This document shows, one piece after another, positions 7,492 to 13,010 of a stretch of DNA of 13,010 nucleotides. Each line of letters opens with the position of its first letter. Position 1 is the stretch's first letter. The DNA comes from Azolla caroliniana (lineage: Eukaryota; Plantae; Polypodiophyta): contig JBHGNT010001006.1 in assembly GCA_043228905.1 (NCBI GenBank), positions 1-13,010 on the forward strand. The letters run 5' to 3'. A model generated the notes under the pieces. It saw only the letters and a program-made list of their open reading frames with translations, did not search any database and was not told where the DNA came from. The translations under genes were made by a program, and so were the position numbers.

Positions 7492-10272
7492 ATGAGTGAA
7501 GATTCACCGTTCTCGATTGAAGAATATTGTTTGTCATCAGACACATCGTTTTCTACTGAAGAGTATTGTTTATCAACAGAGTCACCATATTCGATTGAAG
7601 AATATTGTCTTTCGACCGACTCACCAAATTCTATCGAAGAATATTGTCTGAGCTCATCTACAGGGAATGCAAATAATGACACATGTGAAGAGTTCTCTAT
7701 TGAAGAATACGATATTAATAAAGATACCGGGAATGAAGGAAGTGCCCAGGAAACATTGAATAACATTGGCGATGGTCAGAACAGAGAATTAGACTGTAAC
7801 AAGGTTACACCAACCTCTATGCAGGAAGAGAAATCTGGGAGCCCTATGCATATTAGAAGAATCCCACGAAGAATTCGTCTGGCTAGATTTAGCTTGGTGA
7901 CATCAGATAAACAGATTGGATTTGATGTCAACAAAATATGTTGTGCCCGTGGTTGTATGTCTATGATTGGAAAATCAAAGTTGCGAGAATTAAGGCGATA
8001 CTATTTTTCGATGACCGGTGATGAGCAAGACACTTACCTCGGATCACATATGCAACTAGTATCTGACAAATGTACGGGGATCAAAGTATCATTCGAGTAT
8101 TATATCTTCCATGCGCAACAGATATGTAGAGTTGCATTCAAAATTGTGTTATGTGTTAGTAACATGCGGCTACATAGAGTACAACAACGTCTACTTAGCG
8201 GGGATCAGATGCTCAATTGTAAAGAGGTTCCAAGTATGAAAGGTGCAATTGGAAGACTAGCTATTGGCTGGATGAAAACTTACTTTCAGTTAAATTGTGA
8301 AGTAATGCCCACTACAGGTAGGATGCATCTTTCTGATAATTATACCCGTCGGGAAGTTTATGATGTCTATCGATCTGAAATGTTGGGCTCACGTAATAAG
8401 TCTATCACCTATAGCCAATTCACAAGATTATGGAGAGCTCGGTTTTCAAATGTTATTATTCCTCGTAAAGTACGTATGGGTTATTGCTCCATTTGTGCAA
8501 ATCTTAAAAGTTTGGCTAAAGGTGCAAAGACATCAATGGAAAAGGATACGAGTAAGAAGTTACTACAAGAGCATCGCGAGGCACAATCCTTAGAACGAAG
8601 GAAGGCGATGCATCATAGAGAGAAGTGTTTGAAGAGGCCTGAACAATACATGTGCTTAATGATAGATGGCATGGACCAGAAGAAGACATGCTTGCCGCAT
8701 ATGCGGAGGCTCCCCAAAGATGTCAATGATGAGTGCCTTGTTCAAATGCACTTGGTGGGATGCTTGGCTTATAATAGGTCTGTTCGACCTCACGTCTTCA
8801 TTACTTACCCCAATGTTCACAATGACCCTAACCTAACAGTTACAGTGATTCACCGAGTTTTGATGTCTTGGGGACAACCTTTCCCCCCTGTTCTATACAT
8901 TCAATTGGACAATACTGCTAGAGAGAACAAAAATTCAACTGTATTTGGCTATCTAAGTATGTTGGTCAACCTAGAATTGTTTAGGAAAGTGAAAGTCAAT
9001 TTCCTTTTGGTTGGCCACACACATGACCATATAGATCAGATGTTTAGCACATTCTCCAGACAGTTGTCTCGGCATGATGCTTTCACTTTACCTAAACTAT
9101 TTGATGTCATTTGTGATGCATATACACCACGCCCAAAAGTGTTACACTTGAAGGAGGTATATGACTTTAAGAGATATATATTAGATGGGGGTGGTGGGAA
9201 TGTTAAAGTGCTTGCTCAGTTAAACAATATAAGTTTCAATCACATTTTTTTGATAAAGAAAAATGGAATAAGTGGTTCTACACTTTTGTATGCTAAACAA
9301 TATTCATCTTCTACAACATGGGAACCTAAAGGTGGTTGCCAGTTATTACTTTGTATGCCGAGTACAATTGTCCATGGAGCTAAGCAAATGCCAATTGAGA
9401 AGAAAGGACAGTTGCAGAGCGACTTGGTATTAGAACAAAAACGGTCATGGCTCCAAGCCTTAGAAGAAAAAAGAAAACATATTGAGGCCGCCAAGAAATA
9501 TGCCGCACAACAAGACACGTCATGGTGGGATGTATTTTATAGTGATCAGAAAGAAATTATAGACAATTGTGTATCTGTTGATAATTGGAATTTGGAAACG
9601 CCATTCACATGGTCGCTGCAACATGATCGCGTAAATAGAAGTCCGGAGCGACTAGTAAATGCGATTAATGACAGCTTGGTCCATCCACAACAAAGAGACA
9701 TTTATGTGGGACCAAGGATGACCAAAGCAGCCGAAGCTAGATGGCAAGGAAATTTGCAAGAGCTCACCGCGGGGATGTTGATTGCAACGCCGGCTGATGA
9801 GAACTCACATGGCCACCAATTTTGGGTTGGTAAAATTCTAGAAGTGCTAATGCATGAAATAGATAACACGATCAAGTCTATAAATGTTCATTGGTACAAC
9901 ACTAGAAGTGCAAATGCTTTTACAGGTAAGTATACATTGGAGATGATTGAATGCCAAACAAGAAGGGGAGGTAGGAAGAGGAAGCGAAACATTCGTAACA
10001 CCTCGACCCTTGATATCTCTGATGTGGATATCATCGTGTACGACTTCACACTTACAAAAGCCGGACGATTAAGGAAGTCAACAATAGATATAATAAAAGA
10101 AAAATTACCAGGTCTACAAGGTGGCTCGAGTCAAAGGCAAACGAGATCTGCTACATATAATCTAGAGTCAAACCATTTGGTTTATGACGAAGATAATGCA
10201 CTGATTGGTACATCCGAGGATGATGAGGAGGAATCGTCATTGTATATTAGTTATAGTAGTGATTCTCCGTAA
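7492..10272 (+). CDS. DDD-type transposase, Sola-like, 926 aa
   Basis: Uninterrupted ORF inside TIRs. Motifs LMIDGMDQKKT.LP (D392/D395), LYIQLDNTARENKN (D473), FLLVGHTHDHIDQMFS (D515). Upstream Cys clusters CCARGC, ICRVAF, CSIC; basic NLS-like RRGGRKRKR. Superfamily assignment is from motif recognition plus the 4-bp TSD, not a search. Confidence 0.85.
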   Translation: MSEDSPFSIEEYCLSSDTSFSTEEYCLSTESPYSIEEYCLSTDSPNSIEEYCLSSSTGNANNDTCEEFSIEEYDINKDTGNEGSAQETLNNIGDGQNRELDCNKVTPTSMQEEKSGSPMHIRRIPRRIRLARFSLVTSDKQIGFDVNKICCARGCMSMIGKSKLRELRRYYFSMTGDEQDTYLGSHMQLVSDKCTGIKVSFEYYIFHAQQICRVAFKIVLCVSNMRLHRVQQRLLSGDQMLNCKEVPSMKGAIGRLAIGWMKTYFQLNCEVMPTTGRMHLSDNYTRREVYDVYRSEMLGSRNKSITYSQFTRLWRARFSNVIIPRKVRMGYCSICANLKSLAKGAKTSMEKDTSKKLLQEHREAQSLERRKAMHHREKCLKRPEQYMCLMIDGMDQKKTCLPHMRRLPKDVNDECLVQMHLVGCLAYNRSVRPHVFITYPNVHNDPNLTVTVIHRVLMSWGQPFPPVLYIQLDNTARENKNSTVFGYLSMLVNLELFRKVKVNFLLVGHTHDHIDQMFSTFSRQLSRHDAFTLPKLFDVICDAYTPRPKVLHLKEVYDFKRYILDGGGGNVKVLAQLNNISFNHIFLIKKNGISGSTLLYAKQYSSSTTWEPKGGCQLLLCMPSTIVHGAKQMPIEKKGQLQSDLVLEQKRSWLQALEEKRKHIEAAKKYAAQQDTSWWDVFYSDQKEIIDNCVSVDNWNLETPFTWSLQHDRVNRSPERLVNAINDSLVHPQQRDIYVGPRMTKAAEARWQGNLQELTAGMLIATPADENSHGHQFWVGKILEVLMHEIDNTIKSINVHWYNTRSANAFTGKYTLEMIECQTRRGGRKRKRNIRNTSTLDISDVDIIVYDFTLTKAGRLRKSTIDIIKEKLPGLQGGSSQRQTRSATYNLESNHLVYDEDNALIGTSEDDEEESSLYISYSSDSP
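7504..7710 (+). repeat. 39-bp (13-aa) coding tandem repeat SPxSIEEYCLSxD x4 plus a partial copy
   Basis: SPFSIEEYCLSSD / TSFSTEEYCLSTE / SPYSIEEYCLSTD / SPNSIEEYCLSSS ... FSIEEY. Confidence 0.9.
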
Positions 10273-10594
10273 AGGAGTGATCATGAATGTATATTTGGCT
10301 ATTAAGTGTAACTACATTCCGCTTGTAACAAATCGAGTAATATAAAATCATGTGTTTTGAATTCTTATGATTTCCCAAAAATCGTTTCTTATAAAATAAC
10401 ATTGGTTGTAAAGTTGGTGATATAAATTGAGAATGTATGTTTTTGAAATTCGTCTTTTTTTAGTTACTTCTAAATCACGAAAATAGTGGATTTTTAACCT
10501 TTTTCATAGTATGTTTGAACTTGTATGATACTGGTATCAATGTGTTTTGTAAAATCATTGAAAAACCCCTAAAATTTCCCTTATCCTTCCATTT

Positions 10595-10630
10595 ATGCGC
10601 GATCCTTCCACTTGTGAACGCGAACGTGTT
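10595..10630 (-). repeat. Right terminal inverted repeat
   Basis: ATGCGCGATCCTTCCACTTGTGAACGCGAACGTGTT. Confidence 0.95.
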
Positions 10631-10634
10631 TAAA
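10631..10634. repeat. Right target-site duplication TAAA
   Basis: CGTGTT|TAAA-GCG, matching 1630-1633. Confidence 0.7.
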
Positions 10635-11023
10635 GCGTTAACAAACAAATGTAATGGTTCACGCGGGAAGCGTGAACGGCTAAAAACCCTGTGTATATAA
10701 AGGGCAGAAATCCTCTGTAAGAGGTAGTGTGTAATTTTGGAGTATAGAGCGTTTTTCTAATAAATTACTATCTTCTCGGATATCTGTGCATATCTGTGGC
10801 TTTCTCTGTTGCATTCTTGGTTTCTCTGTTGCGTACTGTTAATCGTAAGGGTGTAGGTGTAAGCGCGGATCCCAGCGCACTTCCTAAAGAGTTCAGTTGT
10901 AGACGTCTCCCTTATACGCTACTAGGATACGAGGGAGTATCCCATTACGATTTACGGTACGAAGGTTCTATTCCTTTTAACACGGTCACCTTGAGGTCTA
11001 CCTCGAAGGACTGAGCGTAGACA
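10635..11023 (+). mobile_element. Putative LTR, right part (continuation of 1541-1633)
   Basis: TATATAAA 10694-10701, AATAAA 10759-10764, then T/G-rich sequence; possible CA end at 11022-11023. The right boundary is a guess. Confidence 0.35.
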
Positions 11024-11024
11024 G

Positions 11025-11311
11025 TGTTCTTAATCGGTAACAGTAGGCCATTGGAGGTCTACACTCCTAGACTATTATGTAGTTATCCGAGGAGTTAGTG
11101 TCTGATGCTCTATACGAGCACTGAACTACTTGTCAGTACTTCTATCAGTCCTTTATATGTATAGACTCTTGGAGTATTTTTTAAATTAGAGTTTTATGTT
11201 GTTCTACTCTCTTTGTGTTCTGTGAAGTTTCCATTAAACCTTAGTTCCATTTTCTCTTGCTATCCGACAGAGGCGGTTGTGTTTGTTAGATTCCACACGC
11301 TAATATTTACA
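11025..11311 (+). mobile_element. 5' LTR of a Ty1/copia element (start uncertain)
   Basis: Ends ...TTACA at 11311 immediately before the PBS; candidate TGTT start at 11025. Confidence 0.5.
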
Positions 11312-11323
11312 TGGTATCAAAGT
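11312..11323 (+). other. Primer binding site (tRNA-iMet type)
   Basis: TGGTATCAAAGT versus canonical TGGTATCAGAGC, directly after CA and ~100 bp before the gag ATG. Confidence 0.8.
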
Positions 11324-11412
11324 GCAAGGGTTGAAAATCCTCTGTTACCGACACGATACCTGAGAAAACTAGAAGAAAACCTAACTTCCGGGTAAGAACA
11401 ACCTGAAGAAAG

Positions 11413-12884
11413 ATGGACAGAGGAACGGCTAGCCCGCTTCAAACGTAGAAGCTCGACAGAGGCAACTATGCATCTTGGTCTCACAAGATGCACCAGTACC
11501 TGCTCGGACACGGTTACTAGATCTATTTCGAAGGAGCGAATGAAGTAGCGCTGGAGTCGGCACACAAGGACTTCTTGTCATGGGATCAAGGAGCGAGTAG
11601 ACTTCTATACTGGCTCGTGTCCTGTGTGCACGACCAGATGCTTGGCTACATCAGAGATGTGAAAACGTCGAAGGAGGCCTGGGAAAATCCCAAAACGATT
11701 TTCACCACCACTACCACAGCCTATATGTTGCAGCTCCGACAAGAGCTCAACAACATCCGACAAAGGGATATGTCGGTTACGGATTATACCACTAAGATAA
11801 AGGAGATCTGTGACGCATTAGGTTCCATCAATGTAACGGTGGATGAAGAAGAGATGGTCTAGATCTGCCTCAGTGGTCTAGCGCAGAGGTACGAGCCTAT
11901 CCAGACAATGATTTGCACCCGGGAGAAGCCACCATCCTTCATTGACTAGCAATCAATGTTGATGGTTGAAGAAAACCACGTGAGTGGGTCCAAGACCACT
12001 CAATTGGATAGTCGGATGTACACAGAGACAGATCGACCCATGGGCGTGGAGGACGAGGTGGTTCGGCACGCAATAGCGGCGGCCAACAAGAGTAGAATCA
12101 AAGGCATGGAGATAGTGCCGAGAGTAGTGCCGAGAGTAGTGCGAGACCCTCCACGAGTAGGGGGAGTCAAGGCGGCATCGGAAACCAAAACAAAATGTTG
12201 GTATTGTGGCAAGAAAGGACACCGAGAGAGCGAGTGTTGGAAGAAGCGCACTGATTCAAACAAATCAGGATCTAGAAAGACCAGAAAAGGGCAGCCTTCG
12301 TAATCAAACATAAGACGAACTCGATGAAGATGACCACTTCCACATCGGAGGAAGTGTGGTATGTTGACTCCGGAGCATCTAACCATATGACAAGCCACGA
12401 AGAGTGGTTCTCATATTTGGAGGAACCGAAACAACCGGAGATGACACTCCTCACCCGATCGAGCATGTCGGAGAGGTCCCTTTGAGTCATGTCGATCAAA
12501 AGGGAAAGTTGATGAATGTTTTACATGTTTCGACAATCACGAAGAATCTAGTGTCGATCGGATAGATTGTCGCCCAAGGGATGCATGTACGGTTTACGCA
12601 CCTTGGGTGCTTCATCGAGGAAGAAAGCCAGATCATCGCGCAAGGGCGCCGAGACAGGAGGATGTTTACCCTCGACAACAATGATGTCGGCGCCGCTTTG
12701 TTCAGAAAAGATCAGAAGGTCGAGTCGGATATCGACCTGTGGCATAAGCGGATCAACCAGGTACATTATCAAAGGCTTCAGGACTTGCAGTCAAAACAAG
12801 TTGTGTTCGAACTGCCAAAATTTAGTGGCCGGAAGGCCCAAATATGTGAAGCCTGCTAGCTCGGGAAACATCATCGGCTTCCGT
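11413..12884 (+). pseudogene. Degenerate Ty1/copia gag-pol: Gag, CCHC zinc knuckle, aspartic protease, GAG-pre-integrase
   Basis: ATG 11413; KLDRGNYASWSHKM; TSKEAWE...LRQELNNIRQRDMSVTDYTTKIKEICDAL; CWYCGKKGHRESEC; WYVDSGASNHMT (12357-12392); LWHKR...CEAC*LGKH. Several in-frame TAG stops (11446, 11518, 11860, 12857) and frameshifts. Confidence 0.92.
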
Positions 12885-13010
12885 TGTTGTGAAAATGCAG
12901 GTGCGTGCGTGCTTTGTGCGAGCGGGACCACCGACGCCACAGACCAGGGAGGACATTCGCGAACTTGTTGAGAAGACGATGATGTGTATGTACGAGTCGA
13001 GGAAACTAAT
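12885..13010. mobile_element. Possible nested insertion (LTR start) interrupting the copia pol
   Basis: Copia-like coding stops after GKHHRLP with no integrase-core signature following; the new sequence begins TGTTG. Confidence 0.35.

Larger units (their letters stand above)
1634..10630. mobile_element. Full-length TIR DNA transposon (Sola-like) carrying a ParB-DNA methyltransferase cargo gene
   Basis: 36-bp TIRs (1634-1669 / 10595-10630, one mismatch), identical TAAA on both flanks (1630-1633, 10631-10634), an internal DDD transposase ORF and an AT-rich interior contrasting with the flanks. Confidence 0.9.

Noticed and set aside
1636-10628. piggyBac element (CACGTT... termini)
   Set aside because: No TTAA duplication on both sides at these boundaries, and the transposase motifs are not piggyBac-like.
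12112-12146. 12-bp tandem repeat AGTAGTGCCGAG in the copia gag
   Set aside because: Ordinary slippage in the low-complexity linker before the zinc knuckle.

Overview
Eukaryotic, repeat-rich DNA (spliceosomal introns plus Ty1/copia relics; a land plant, possibly a bryophyte, is an inference). The core is an apparently intact ~9.0 kb DNA transposon (1634-10630) with 36-bp terminal inverted repeats (1 mismatch) and a 4-bp TAAA target-site duplication. It carries two divergent intact genes. One is a 926-aa Sola-like DDD transposase (+, 7492-10272). The other is a 6-exon, ~965-aa cargo gene (-, 6668-2682) fusing a ParB/Srx-like domain to a beta-class N6-adenine/N4-cytosine DNA methyltransferase (DIPY...QKP...DLFSGTG). 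Intron 1 of the cargo gene holds six 43-bp palindromes at 51-bp period, themselves arranged as a 269-bp higher-order palindrome, whose ends match the transposon terminus. The element sits in decayed retroelement DNA: a pseudogenised coiled-coil ORF and probable LTR around the insertion, and a degenerate Ty1/copia gag-pol on the right.
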